Source: Candidatus Thorarchaeota archaeon (GTDB lineage: Archaea > Asgardarchaeota > Thorarchaeia > Thorarchaeales > Thorarchaeaceae). Taken from it: 64,000 nt of DNA. The stretch's first letter is position 1. Every line of letters starts with the position of its first letter. Under the pieces are notes generated by a model. It did no database searches and had not been told where the DNA came from. It worked only from the letters and a program-made list of their open reading frames with translations. The stretch covers positions 1 to 64,000 of the forward strand of contig JAGSHN010000019.1 in assembly GCA_029855935.1 (NCBI GenBank). Direction: 5' to 3'. Shown piece after piece: positions 1 to 10,287 of this stretch. The translations under genes and the position numbers were made by a program.

Positions 1-2
1 AC

Positions 3-263
3 GTGAATGTGACAGGTGACTTTCGCCTGACGTATTCCCCGCCCGTGTACTATGAAAGCGAATTCTATCTGGACATTGACCTTCACGAGGATCTGGACGG
101 GGAGGTGCCCACTCCCAAATCAACCTGGCTGAGTCATTCTGGACGGTGGAGATTGACGGTCTACCCCACCTATTGGTTGTATCACACTTCCGACCGTCGG
201 GACTACCCCGATTTTGAAATAGATCTTGGCTATTCGGAGATTCACGGCAGGTTGCGGGGCTGA
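3..263 (+). CDS. 3' end of a hypothetical protein (truncated by window edge)
   Basis: Open frame from the window start to TGA at 263. Beta-rich text loosely resembles the C-terminal part of 619-1359 (e.g. LDIDL vs ISIDL). Confidence 0.45.
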   Translation: MNVTGDFRLTYSPPVYYESEFYLDIDLHEDLDGEVPTPKSTWLSHSGRWRLTVYPTYWLYHTSDRRDYPDFEIDLGYSEIHGRLRG

Positions 264-618
264 GTGTGCGATGACTTGAGGCATCTTGAAGAGGAGTGTG
301 GGCACTGAGGAATCCGGCGGGTCGTGAAACGGCGGAATGCAGTCCCTTCGCAACTCAAGTCCTGTGCCGACCACCCCCTCAGACTGATCGGGGGATTGCG
401 AGGGTGAGCTATTGACGCAGTGTATCGATGGTCTGAGCGTTGCACAGGGTTGAGATGGCCTCTCTCCTCTACAGGGTGCTGTCCTCATTCTTTGGAGAGA
501 AGATTAATACCGTTGCTGAGGCTGATATTGAGAGTGCGGGGGCGCCTGTGTGGACCTCGGCGGTGCGAGCGGTGCTGGTGTATTGTGGATGCAGAGGTAT
601 GTGAGAGGATGAGGAGGC

Positions 619-1359
619 ATGCGTCGCAGGAACAAGGTGGTGGCGGTGTTGCTGGTGATCGTGGTGTGTGCCGGGTTGGCATACCCCTACGTGGACCAGA
701 GCCTGCGCACGCGATACGTCTACGAGGTGCCCTATTCTCAGGTACCCGAGAAGGGTGAGATCTCCCTTGACCTGATGGAGATGAGCGACGCCAACGTGAC
801 GATCGGCTTTGACAACGAGACCGACCTGGCTGTCAGAGTGGTGATTGACTATTACTCCCCTCCGTCGCGTGAGCCGACTGTGGTGGCTGCGGTGCCGGGT
901 AGTCCTGATGCACTTCTCATGGTCGAATTCGATGCTCGCGTACGTCACGTCAGTGTCGTCTTCGGCACGCGCCGGCCTGTCAATCTCAACATCGACGGCC
1001 ACCACCTGAATGTCAGTATTCTACTTGACCACGGGGCGTACCTGCGGAGCTCCCTGATGAGGCTGGACTTCAGTGGAGTGCTGAACATCACTGTGACAGA
1101 GGACATCCGCATGGGGGGCGGCCGATCTGTGATCGAGACTCTCGGCCTTGAGTATGTGGCCCTTGCGGACATCTCCATTGACCTACCGGCTGATGTCTAC
1201 GGTGTGCTCGGACTGTACGGTGACTACCGCATCGAGGAGAATGAGGGCTGGAGTCTATACACTGCGGGCGTGTACACCCTACTTCGCGGGGAGGGTGTTC
1301 TCGGGCTGGTGGTGCGCCTTCGCGCAGTGGGCTTTGTAAGCGCTTGGCTCTACGACTGA
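619..1359 (+). CDS. Membrane-anchored/secreted hypothetical protein
   Basis: GAGGAGG just upstream of ATG; basic N-terminus plus hydrophobic helix (MRRRNKVVAVLLVIVVCAGLAY); beta-rich body. Confidence 0.75.
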   Translation: MRRRNKVVAVLLVIVVCAGLAYPYVDQSLRTRYVYEVPYSQVPEKGEISLDLMEMSDANVTIGFDNETDLAVRVVIDYYSPPSREPTVVAAVPGSPDALLMVEFDARVRHVSVVFGTRRPVNLNIDGHHLNVSILLDHGAYLRSSLMRLDFSGVLNITVTEDIRMGGGRSVIETLGLEYVALADISIDLPADVYGVLGLYGDYRIEENEGWSLYTAGVYTLLRGEGVLGLVVRLRAVGFVSAWLYD

Positions 1360-1439
1360 TCATCTGACTGGGCCCGAGCGAGATGACTGCCGCGCCGGCT
1401 GTTCCTGCATTCACTCCCAAAGACTTATCAACGCCGATG

Positions 1440-1479
1440 CAATATGTAGATTATCAACATATAATCAACCAACATATTG
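1440..1479. promoter_or_regulatory. Nested inverted-repeat operator upstream of 1493
   Basis: CAATATGT(1440-1447)...ACATATTG(1472-1479) encloses GATTAT-N6-ATAATC (1449-1466); AT-rich; directly before a membrane-protein gene that is followed by a PadR regulator. Confidence 0.55.
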
Positions 1480-1492
1480 TGGTGAGTGAGAG

Positions 1493-1981
1493 ATGAACAC
1501 ACTGGTGTTTACAATCGTCGACTTTCTCCATAGTCTGTTCACGGCCATCTGGATTGGAGGGATGGTGGCACTGGCATTTGCGGTGCTCCCATCGATTCGG
1601 CAGTCGATGGAGATGGGCCCTGAGTCCAAGAGGCTCATAGCGGAGATCCGTGGCAGGCTCAGCAAGCTCGTATACGTGGCGTTCGTGGTGCTGATCGCGA
1701 CGGGTGTCCTGATGAGCAACAGTTCACCGTTGTTTGAGGGTTTCTTCTCGCTCTCGAACCCATACTCTGCAGTCCTGACAGTCAAGCACATTCTTGTCGC
1801 AGCGATGATCGTCGTGTCATTGCTCAGGAGCGTCATCATCCCGGGGCGCAACATGCCCGAGCCGAAACGGATGAGGCTGATGATGGTTCTGCTGATCACG
1901 AACATAGTGCTCGGGTCGGCCGTGCTGTTGACGAGCGCGTATCTGAGTGCTGCCGTCAGGGAGATACTCCCTGTCTCATAG
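1493..1981 (+). CDS. CopD/DUF4149-like 4-TM membrane protein
   Basis: FLHSLFTAIWIGG motif, LTVKH, four hydrophobic helices. Confidence 0.75.
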   Translation: MNTLVFTIVDFLHSLFTAIWIGGMVALAFAVLPSIRQSMEMGPESKRLIAEIRGRLSKLVYVAFVVLIATGVLMSNSSPLFEGFFSLSNPYSAVLTVKHILVAAMIVVSLLRSVIIPGRNMPEPKRMRLMMVLLITNIVLGSAVLLTSAYLSAAVREILPVS

Positions 1982-2059
1982 AGCGCCCGACCGTGACACG
2001 ACCATCAGGCTTCTAAGGTCTGAGGACAGAGCAGTGCGCGACGCTGGCGGGTGATCCCG

Positions 2060-2449
2060 ATGTCACACAAGAGGGACGACGAGTCGGACGAGGGGACCCC
2101 CCCGAAACAGCTGGCACCCGTTCCTGTCGTCCGCGCACTGCTTCTCACACTGATTCTGGAACACCCCGACTCCACGGGCTACGTCCTGATGAGGCGCATC
2201 AGAGAGTTCACGGGCGGCCGCGTCGAGCTCAAGACGGGAACGGTCTACTCGGAGCTCAGACGTCTTGAGGACCAGGGTCTCGTCACGACGACGCGGGAGA
2301 GCGGTGGCAGACAGCGTCGCACCTATCGAATAACTGAGCGCGGAAGGGAGGAGCTCGGGATCATTGTGGAGGAGATCCAGAGGAGAGTGAACTTTGTTCT
2401 CCGCCCGCTTGTTGAGCTCGCGACAGAACATCTGCAGCAGGATCTGTAG
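2060..2449 (+). CDS. PadR-family transcriptional regulator
   Basis: GYVLM...GTVYSELRRLEDQGLV...RRTYRITERG winged-helix signature. Confidence 0.92.
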   Translation: MSHKRDDESDEGTPPKQLAPVPVVRALLLTLILEHPDSTGYVLMRRIREFTGGRVELKTGTVYSELRRLEDQGLVTTTRESGGRQRRTYRITERGREELGIIVEEIQRRVNFVLRPLVELATEHLQQDL

Positions 2450-3275
2450 ACAAGTGATGCATGTCAGACAGACTCTGGCATTTGGGTTGGATGAGAACAC
2501 ATCTCTGCGATGGCTCTCAGGATGTCAGGGTGGCTCATAACACATGAAGAGAGAAACAAGGCTCTTGAGTACGCACTTGAGATGGCGAGGGATGTCATCA
2601 GCATGAAGGCAATACAACGTTCAACGCCAGTTCGTGGGGTTGCCTGCGTGTCACCCCCGAGCCTGCAGTGTCACACAACCAGAGTCCATACAATCTCACA
2701 AACGTCCAAGTGGTTTCCCCCTGTTTTGACAGCTCGTTCTACAGCAGGAAACCGTGGCGAGATTGGTTAACACAAGAACAATCAAGGATTGAATCTCAAG
2801 CTTCTCCACAGTCCTCCGTGAGCGGTACAAGTCGATGTCTACGCTTGTCAGTTCGGTGAGTAGGGATGTTTCTGGAGCGGCTGGATGCGGCTCACAGTGG
2901 GAGATGAGTTTCGGCAGGTTTGCTGGTGTAGGTGAGCCATTCAATTCTGTCGTGCGTTCTCTTGTTGGCCGGCACGGAAATGGGTTGGGACAGTCCGGTC
3001 AGGCAATGAGAGCAGCTATGTGGTAGCAAGTCTGTGATCTTGCCTGCGTCGTGCTAGGACTACGTGCTTCCATGTTTCCAGTTGGGAAACAGCAGACAAA
3101 TAACAAATAAAAGGCCGAATTGAATCGAGCTTCGCAGGGTTGACTGGAACGCGGGGAATTGTTCTGTAACCGGGGAGTGGGCATCTTGCTTTTGTCAAGG
3201 CTCGTTTCATACTCCCTATAGAACTACCTTGCGCGTAGTCGTCCATAAGGGTAGTAACAGGACGTGATAGGTACA

Positions 3276-4442
3276 ATGAACTGGCAACGATTCATACTAT
3301 TGTCTGTGATTGTGGGGCTACTCTTTGTTCCATCTGTGAAAGCGGTCGCCTCTGACACAGTGACAGATGTCTTGGATCGTAATGATGGACTTATCGACAA
3401 CCGTGTCACAAGCATTGCAATTGATGAGCAAGCCTCTCTGATGTACATCGGGACACAGGAGGGCCTCAGTGTCTACAATCTGGAATCCAATTCGTTTGTG
3501 GACAATGTCACATTCTCTGATACTCCATACCGCAACTATGTCTTCGACATGTGCGTAACACCTGGCGGGGTCTACTTGGTGACAAGTGCCCTTGAGTACC
3601 CCCTCAAGTCATATTTCTGGAGGGAAGGCGGCGGTGAGTTATCGAATGTTCTTCTCCATCGTTCTACATCTGCGCCAAGCTTGACTTCTGTAGGTGTTAC
3701 CGAGAATGACAGCATCTTCTGCGTGGGTACCAATGGAAACGGACTGCTTGTCTATGATACGCATTCTGCCACCGTAGCGCAGTACACAACCGCATCAGGC
3801 CTTACGTCAAACGTGGTGTGGTCAGTCCTGCGAGCAGAGGTGAATGCGGGGCATGAGTGGTTCTTCCTTGGGACCGAGAGCGGAGTTTCGATCTTCGATG
3901 CGACGTCCTCTGAGATAGTCACTGACGAGGTGCTTGGAACAATCTCTCATCTTGTTCGTGCGATGCTGTACGACGCAGGCAATCGGCGTCTGTATGTTGG
4001 CACACCGGAGGGCCTCTTCGCATACTCTCTCGATTCACACGGCACCAGTCTTGTTGATGGATTCCCACTCACTCAAGATGACGGACTGGCGAGCAGTAAC
4101 GTACTATCGTTGGCAATAGATGGGGACCAGCTCTATATAGGAACCTCTAAGGGTCTACACAAGTACGATCTCACGAAGATGGACCGCACAGGCTTGTACA
4201 GACTGGATTTCAGCAATGGAATACTTGACGACGCGGTTTCTGCGCTTGCGGTTCACAAGTCGGGGTCCGCTGGCACAATCTATGCTGGCACTATCGGGGG
4301 CGGTGTGGCTGTAGTCCGCATCTCCTATGGACTGACGTGGGGTGAGTGGCTGGTCCTCTATGCCCCAGTAATTACCGTCCTATCCAGCGCGGCCGGTATT
4401 GCTACTGCGTTTTTTGAATGCAGGAGGAGGAATCGGGACTGA
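3276..4442 (+). CDS. Secreted beta-propeller protein with C-terminal membrane anchor
   Basis: Signal peptide; repeated blades (GLxxNxVxSIA...YIGTxxGLSVY) like two-component-regulator propeller repeats; C-terminal TM helix followed by RRRNRD. Confidence 0.85.
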   Translation: MNWQRFILLSVIVGLLFVPSVKAVASDTVTDVLDRNDGLIDNRVTSIAIDEQASLMYIGTQEGLSVYNLESNSFVDNVTFSDTPYRNYVFDMCVTPGGVYLVTSALEYPLKSYFWREGGGELSNVLLHRSTSAPSLTSVGVTENDSIFCVGTNGNGLLVYDTHSATVAQYTTASGLTSNVVWSVLRAEVNAGHEWFFLGTESGVSIFDATSSEIVTDEVLGTISHLVRAMLYDAGNRRLYVGTPEGLFAYSLDSHGTSLVDGFPLTQDDGLASSNVLSLAIDGDQLYIGTSKGLHKYDLTKMDRTGLYRLDFSNGILDDAVSALAVHKSGSAGTIYAGTIGGGVAVVRISYGLTWGEWLVLYAPVITVLSSAAGIATAFFECRRRNRD

Positions 4443-4504
4443 TTCTGTAGATGGTTCTACCAGTTCGATGGCTCACGCTCGGATTTATTGTCTAGCCGCC
4501 ACTC

Positions 4505-4538
4505 CTGAGAGAGCAGGAACCAATCTCTGCTCTCTCAG
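4505..4538. terminator. Perfect 12-bp hairpin downstream of the propeller gene
   Basis: CTGAGAGAGCAG-N10-CTGCTCTCTCAG. Confidence 0.4.
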
Positions 4539-4689
4539 AACCCGGGCCCCTAGGCCCCGCTCCGTCATTAGGTCGTTTTCATAGGGATTCCGATGGAGGA
4601 TTCGTTCTGCGAATCCCAGAGCCTGTCAATTCAAAGAAACAGAACCAGCTAAATGTGGCATCGCAATCCGTGCCGATGGGGCACGCGGT

Positions 4690-5154
4690 CGAGTTCCAAG
4701 TCTGTGTGGTCTTTGCGGTAGGTGGAATTCCGAGCAGGTAGGTGTGGCAATCGAGGGGTTCGCGAAACTAGACGAGAACGCCCCTCTAGGGATTGCAAAC
4801 TCGAGAGAGGACTATATCTCATTGGATCACCTTTGGCTACAGGTGTGCCTTTCCGAAGCGCGATGGGACATCAATTGGTCTGGGGGATCGTGTCAAAGAT
4901 TGGGTTCCCCACAAACTACTCCGCAAATTCGGACGCCATCTTGAGGGAACTCGGAGGGTTTCGCCTGAGTTACGAGGTATCAAATGCCGTACTATCTTTG
5001 CACGAGGGCCTAACTGCAGCATCGCGTCGGAAAGGGCAATCCGTTGCGGCGGTGGTCATAGCATTTGCAGCGTGTAGACAATCACAGATTGAGCAAACCG
5101 CTAATTGCTATGTCAGCTAAGACGACGGGAATGGAGATCGGAAACATCTATTGA
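4690..5154 (+). pseudogene. Degenerate TFB (TFIIB)-like cyclin-repeat remnant
   Basis: RKGQSVAAVVIAFAACRQ, then in a shifted frame LIAMSAKTTGMEIGNIY*; resembles TFB RGRS...AAxYAACR...EIAxxS...EIGRxY; CGLCG upstream in another frame. Confidence 0.35.
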
Positions 5155-5339
5155 GAGAAACTCATTCACTGGCTGGACTCTCTAGAAGGATGGCTTGGTT
5201 TCGGGAATAAAGGCGAAGCCGGACGTACGACTCCTCTACGAGGTGCAAAATGGTTATAGGATACTGACTCAAACTAGGCCATACGAACCCAGAGGGGCTA
5301 TCGGGTGAAACATCGTTAGTAGAGAGTGGAGAAGGGCGT

Positions 5340-6164
5340 ATGAAACATCTGCGCGAGCGAACCGGGAGAATGGATCGAAGGAGTTGGTTCAAAATCATCT
5401 CCGTGATCTCCTTTGCTATTGCAATTCTGACTGACATTCTACCTTTCGAACTCCCGGTATCAACTGTTCCGGATGTGAACGAAATGGTCAAGTCCAGCTT
5501 GGGCCTCCTCTTCATGTCACTTGCAGCGTGCTTCATCTTGCTCTATCTCCTTGAAACACAAGAACTACCAGCGGAGAATCTTGAAGGAATTCAAGGCCGC
5601 TCTGCAGCCGAGAAGCCTTACACTATGACGGTGGACTTTCTAGTCGGACGTTTTGATGCGCTGGAGAAGATACAGCATGACACGCGCTCTGGCGCAAGCA
5701 TCTTGATGGGTGTTTTTAGTGCTATGATATTATGGCTGCTGAATTTCGGTGGTACGCTGACTTCTTTTCAGAATGCTGTCGTCAGGGCTAGTGGGGTTGC
5801 CGTGGCAATCATCTCATGGGCGATTATGCTTTCTTTCAGAATCGACAAGGTCGAATCTCCATGGGGAACATTGGGCGAGGATCTTCTTGCCACCGGTCAA
5901 TCGGAAGAGGTCTTCAAAGAACAACTTTCGAAGTTGGTGGGGGAGAAATATGCGGTAGTCCGAAGGATGAAGGAAACCATTGGCTTTGCGGTGGGAGCCT
6001 TTATCGAGATTGTAGGGCTGGCCTATCTCGCGGACATGTTTGGCGACTTGACAAGGCCTTCAGTATTGCCTGTTTTCATACTGCAGGTTCTTTCCTTTAT
6101 CTTTCTTATCTTTGCCCTGCTATTATTCATTCTTGTTGTCCTTAGGGAAACATCCCTTGGCTAG
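5340..6164 (+). CDS. Multi-pass membrane protein, unknown function
   Basis: About 6 hydrophobic helices in a 274-aa ORF. Confidence 0.7.
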   Translation: MKHLRERTGRMDRRSWFKIISVISFAIAILTDILPFELPVSTVPDVNEMVKSSLGLLFMSLAACFILLYLLETQELPAENLEGIQGRSAAEKPYTMTVDFLVGRFDALEKIQHDTRSGASILMGVFSAMILWLLNFGGTLTSFQNAVVRASGVAVAIISWAIMLSFRIDKVESPWGTLGEDLLATGQSEEVFKEQLSKLVGEKYAVVRRMKETIGFAVGAFIEIVGLAYLADMFGDLTRPSVLPVFILQVLSFIFLIFALLLFILVVLRETSLG

Positions 6165-6716
6165 GCCCTCGACAGAAACGCATTCTGTTTCTGTCGTGTT
6201 TCACGGCCACTATCATTGCGTGGAATGAGGAGGACACGCCTGAGAAGATGCCAGCCGCTGAGTAGAACACCACCCAAGCCAGAAACTGCTAGTCTGGGGG
6301 GCCCGAAGACTGGCCACTTCATTTCTGTTCGCAATCTTCTGCTGACCTTTCCCTGAGAATCGGGTGCAACACCATATGGATGGTGCAATCCGCAGACAGA
6401 GTGTGCTTAGGAAAGTGGAGGACCTTTTTCAGAGTCATCCCTGGCTGACTGTCCGTGTCGTGAGTTGCGTCGCGAAAGTATTCCCAATTATAGGACAGGG
6501 AGCGTGAGCGTACCACGCAAGCATACGTCTGTTCCCCGGGGTCTTTACACACTGCTCTATGATTCGCTTGTTTTCCTCGTAACACTTTTCTTTAGTCTCT
6601 CTTGACGGTGTAACTGGGATGTGTGCACCTTGAACGACATTTCTCGTGAGATTGACCGAAGGTTCTCCCGCTGCATAAGGCGTAGAACCAAGATTGACGT
6701 ATTGGACTCTCAAGTC

Positions 6717-7436
6717 ATGTCGCGGCCATCTCCCGAGGAGATTGAAGAGCTGTTTAGACATCTTTTCCCTTGTTTTGTGGAGGTTGTGAAGCGTCTGGAA
6801 TCAAAGAAGTTCTCAGCTTGGATGAAGAATCAGATCGATGAGCTCAAATCACAGTTCGAAGAAGTTGGTCTTGACCTTCTCCGTTACTATATGATGACGA
6901 TTAGCCCAGAAGCTGTGTTCGGAGCACTTTCTGCCATTGGTGCAATGCAAGAGGGTGTAGAAAATCTCGTCAACGAGGAGCTCTTGGAAGATGCTAGACT
7001 CGTCAAGCGGCTACTCCTCTTGTCTTGGCTAGATCAAGCTCGACTTACTCTCGCCCAGAGAAGGATGACCTTGCTCTACGACGTGGTCACGCTTGCGAAC
7101 AGTGAAATCGGACGCGACTTGAACTGGGTTGTTTCACTGGTCGCACTGAGTATTGAAGAGGTACTAATCAAAAGCAAGGCCAAAGAGTTGGGAATTAGTG
7201 TTGAAAAACGTCGTTCTGTCCCGCGAATCTGCCAAGACCTCATCAATGAAATGGAACAACGAGGCCTGAGAGTGAACAGGGAGCTTCTCCTAGCACCGGG
7301 GCACAGGAGAATACGAAACCGGGTCTTGCATGAGGGCTGGCAGCCTACAAAGGAAGAAACTGAGCAAATTGTGTCACATGTTATCCGGTTGGCACAGTAC
7401 CTCGGCTCTTTTCGCACTATCATATTTGAGGTGTAG
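6717..7436 (+). CDS. Helical protein with C-terminal HEPN-like domain
   Basis: IEEVL...RRIRNRVLHEG carries the RxxxxH HEPN motif; ATG 6717 preferred over the longer upstream start at 6621. Confidence 0.6.
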   Translation: MSRPSPEEIEELFRHLFPCFVEVVKRLESKKFSAWMKNQIDELKSQFEEVGLDLLRYYMMTISPEAVFGALSAIGAMQEGVENLVNEELLEDARLVKRLLLLSWLDQARLTLAQRRMTLLYDVVTLANSEIGRDLNWVVSLVALSIEEVLIKSKAKELGISVEKRRSVPRICQDLINEMEQRGLRVNRELLLAPGHRRIRNRVLHEGWQPTKEETEQIVSHVIRLAQYLGSFRTIIFEV

Positions 7437-7848
7437 TTGGTCTAGGAATGTCGGTACTTGATGTTCACAAACCCGCAAGCAAGAGCTAGAACACGGATGT
7501 GTTCCCGTTGCCTCTATCTTCGCAATCTCCCTTCGTCCATCAATGCCCGATAGTCTATTGTCTGCATTAATTGAGGTTCTTGCCAGTTAGTACCAGAACA
7601 TATGGCCGACAGCAGCTACACCGATGCCTGGCCTGCAGTTCTGAAAGACAACCACGGGGAAGACCTTGCCTCCCGGATGTTCTGCATCATCATTATATTG
7701 GAGCAACTCTGACACTATTCGATATGTCAGGTACTGATGGTCAATAGTGGCGACTGCTCTGGTGATAATCTCCGCAACGCTTCCCAACAGTCCCACCATC
7801 AGTCACCCCGCTAGCAAGCGATGAGGATGAACAGAGGTAGAGATCTCG

Positions 7849-8967
7849 ATGGGTGAGTCGGAGGTCAAGATCTGGTACGAGACGAGCAGTGGCGAGAGGA
7901 GGTATGCGACTGCTGGCACTGTGGTCTGTGACCTGTCTGGTCTTGCCGAGCGTGGCGAGACCATCAGGATGATTGACCTGTCACCCCTCGCCTCCTGCAC
8001 GGGCCTCCGCGAGCTGAGGATTGTGGGGGACAGACTTCAGAGGGTCGATCTCTCGCCTCTTGCATCCTGTCCTCAGCTTGAAACACTGGTCGTGCAGTTC
8101 AACGAGCTGACGGAGATTGATCTGAGCCCTCTGTCCCACTGCGCGAATCTCAGGGAGCTTGGCCTGCGGAGGAATAGACTGAGGTCACTCGATTTGAGCC
8201 CGCTGACTGCGTGTATGCGTCTAGAGGTTCTGTCCCTTGCCGACAACGACTTCACAGAGCCCTACCTCGATTCCATGCCTCCGCTGCCGGCTCTGAGGAG
8301 TCTTCTTGTCGGTGCTGGCAGACTGCGAGAGATTGACCTGAGTCCTGTGCCTTCAAGATGTCCGTCACTCGAGTGGTTCGGCCTTGTCGGCAGGGAGCTC
8401 GAGTCTATCGACCTCTCTCCGTTAGCGGACTGTGAGCGTCTTCGGGCGGTCTGGCTTGACAATCTGTCTGTGAGGGCGGTGGATCTGTCCCCACTGGCCA
8501 GATGCTCTCATCTCAGGGAGTTCGGTGTTTCCGACTGTCGGTTTGAGTCCCTTGACCTGGCCCCACTTGCCTCCTGCTCGCATCTCAGAGAGGTGTGGCT
8601 TGAGGACCTTCCCATAGAGCGCATTGACCTTTCCCCACTGGAAGCGTCCCACGAGATTACAGAGATTTGCATCCGCTCCTGTCCGTTGTCGCATCTCGAC
8701 CTGTCACCTATCCAACATCATGATGGGCTCAGGGTGCTCGATCTTCGCGATCTGGCGGTGGATGAACTGGACATCACCCCCCTGTTCACCTGTTCCAGAC
8801 TGAGGACTCTTGAGGTCGACCCGGACGCGCACCTCACGGCCAAGCGCAAGGAGGTTCTTACGGAGGGTGAGTATGACGCACTGGACACACCGACCGTATT
8901 GGAGCGACTGAGGCAGAGAGTTCCGAGAGGACTGACAGAGATTCTTGACCGCATCGTGTGGCAATGA
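7849..8967 (+). CDS. Leucine-rich repeat protein (IDLSPL-type, ~23-aa repeats)
   Basis: About 12 repeats of IDLSPLxxCxxLxxLxL. Confidence 0.93.
   Translation: MGESEVKIWYETSSGERRYATAGTVVCDLSGLAERGETIRMIDLSPLASCTGLRELRIVGDRLQRVDLSPLASCPQLETLVVQFNELTEIDLSPLSHCANLRELGLRRNRLRSLDLSPLTACMRLEVLSLADNDFTEPYLDSMPPLPALRSLLVGAGRLREIDLSPVPSRCPSLEWFGLVGRELESIDLSPLADCERLRAVWLDNLSVRAVDLSPLARCSHLREFGVSDCRFESLDLAPLASCSHLREVWLEDLPIERIDLSPLEASHEITEICIRSCPLSHLDLSPIQHHDGLRVLDLRDLAVDELDITPLFTCSRLRTLEVDPDAHLTAKRKEVLTEGEYDALDTPTVLERLRQRVPRGLTEILDRIVWQ
8874..8966 (+). repeat. Direct repeat copy 1 (3' end of the LRR gene)
   Basis: TGACGCACTGGACA...CTGAGGCAGAGAGTTCCGAGAGGACTGACAGAGATTCTTGACCGCATCGTGTGGCAATG aligns with 12560-12649. 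Confidence 0.8.
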
Positions 8968-9251
8968 CGGGGCTCTTGAGACAGTCCCCTCTGACGCATT
9001 GGGGCAGTCTGCAGACACCAGGTATCCGTAGTCCAGCAGGTCCGGCTCGGAACTCTGAATCTGTCACCTGTTCTGCACAGGACTCCTGTGCCTCTCCTGC
9101 TATGGTGGTCGTCCAGCCTTGGCGAACAGGGCGTTTCCGCGTACTGTTTAGCTCATATGCGGGGGCCAACCCAGTCAGGTGACGAGAGAACACGAGTTTC
9201 GCATCGTGCCCGTTACTCTGTTCGTCTCTTTGAGCGAGAGCGCACTATCCC

Positions 9252-9995
9252 CTATGGGTTGATAGCCTCAATCCTGCTCCAGAGTCTATCGAGGACAGCC
9301 TCGTCGGTGATCAGTTTCGCAGTTCGGAAATAACTCGCAATTACCTCCAACTCTGTTGCGTGTGGTTTCCACTTTATGCGCCGTCCATCGGCATCCCGAA
9401 TTCGACAGGCCTCTATGAGTTTCCGGTCGAATGGCACCGCAATGTCGTATCTCCTTGATTCACGGGATCCCTTGAAGACCCAGAATCCATTATAGCATCT
9501 CGGATTGCATTCGCCTCGCAAGACATGCGCATTGTTCCGGATCTTGCGGAGTACCGATGGTTGGGGGCGTGTCCTGATGTTGGGATACACGTTCTCAATC
9601 ACAAAATGGCCTATGAAATAGAATCCTGCCCTGGCAGTATATCCGTCCTCCCAGTCTACGAGCCGTGCGTAGAACAATATCCTGTCGCCCTTTGACAGAC
9701 GGGCTAGATTGGCAGCACGGGGATATTCCTCAGGATCATCGCCATAGGTGAATGTCTTAAACTCCGGATCGTTATGTGTGGCTCTGGAGAGGTATCCTTG
9801 TGGAATAAAGACCTCAGGTGGCGTTCCTGTGACAGTGACCAAGTCCTTGTACTTGATAGCCCTAGGGCAGTGCTGAGGATCTATGTGTTTCTCTGGAAAT
9901 GTCACGAACTCAAATGTCCCGTCGCGGAACCGCGGGCTTCTGAGAGGACGGTGTCTTGTATTCACACCGACATTCACTATACACGTCTTGCTCAC
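9252..9995 (-). CDS. Nmad3-like (nucleotide-modification-associated domain 3) protein
   Basis: DGTFEFVTFPE, THNDPEF..FTYGD, LSKGDRILFYARL, YFIGHF motifs; GTG start after GAGGGGG. Confidence 0.7.
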   Translation of the reverse strand: MSKTCIVNVGVNTRHRPLRSPRFRDGTFEFVTFPEKHIDPQHCPRAIKYKDLVTVTGTPPEVFIPQGYLSRATHNDPEFKTFTYGDDPEEYPRAANLARLSKGDRILFYARLVDWEDGYTARAGFYFIGHFVIENVYPNIRTRPQPSVLRKIRNNAHVLRGECNPRCYNGFWVFKGSRESRRYDIAVPFDRKLIEACRIRDADGRRIKWKPHATELEVIASYFRTAKLITDEAVLDRLWSRIEAINP

Positions 9996-10287
9996 GTTGG
10001 CCCCCTCACCAAGCAACCTCTCTGCTCTCTCTCATTAATGTTTGTGCGCTATGCTCTTGAGAATACTCTGAAGACAGAGTCGAAGATATGGCCAATTCCA
10101 CTCGTTTCATGGATCTCGGTACATCAGCCCTTCCTCACTGAATGTTCTCTGAAATAGGAGGGAAACGGGTGGCGGTCATCTCGCTTAGTGAAGCTCGTGA
10201 CATGATGTTGGAAGCCCTAGACGCATCCTTCATATCGGTAAGCGAACATAGAACCGTGAACTAGCGATAGTCTCAGGGGTCAGTAGA

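Noticed and set aside
270-480. GC-rich intergenic stretch with short hairpins as a tRNA or ncRNA
   Set aside because: No cloverleaf, T-loop consensus or extended pairing found
6161-6700. Minus-strand ORFs at 6161-6761 and 7587-7799
   Set aside because: No recognisable motifs or ribosome-binding sites; possibly gene debris but not supportable
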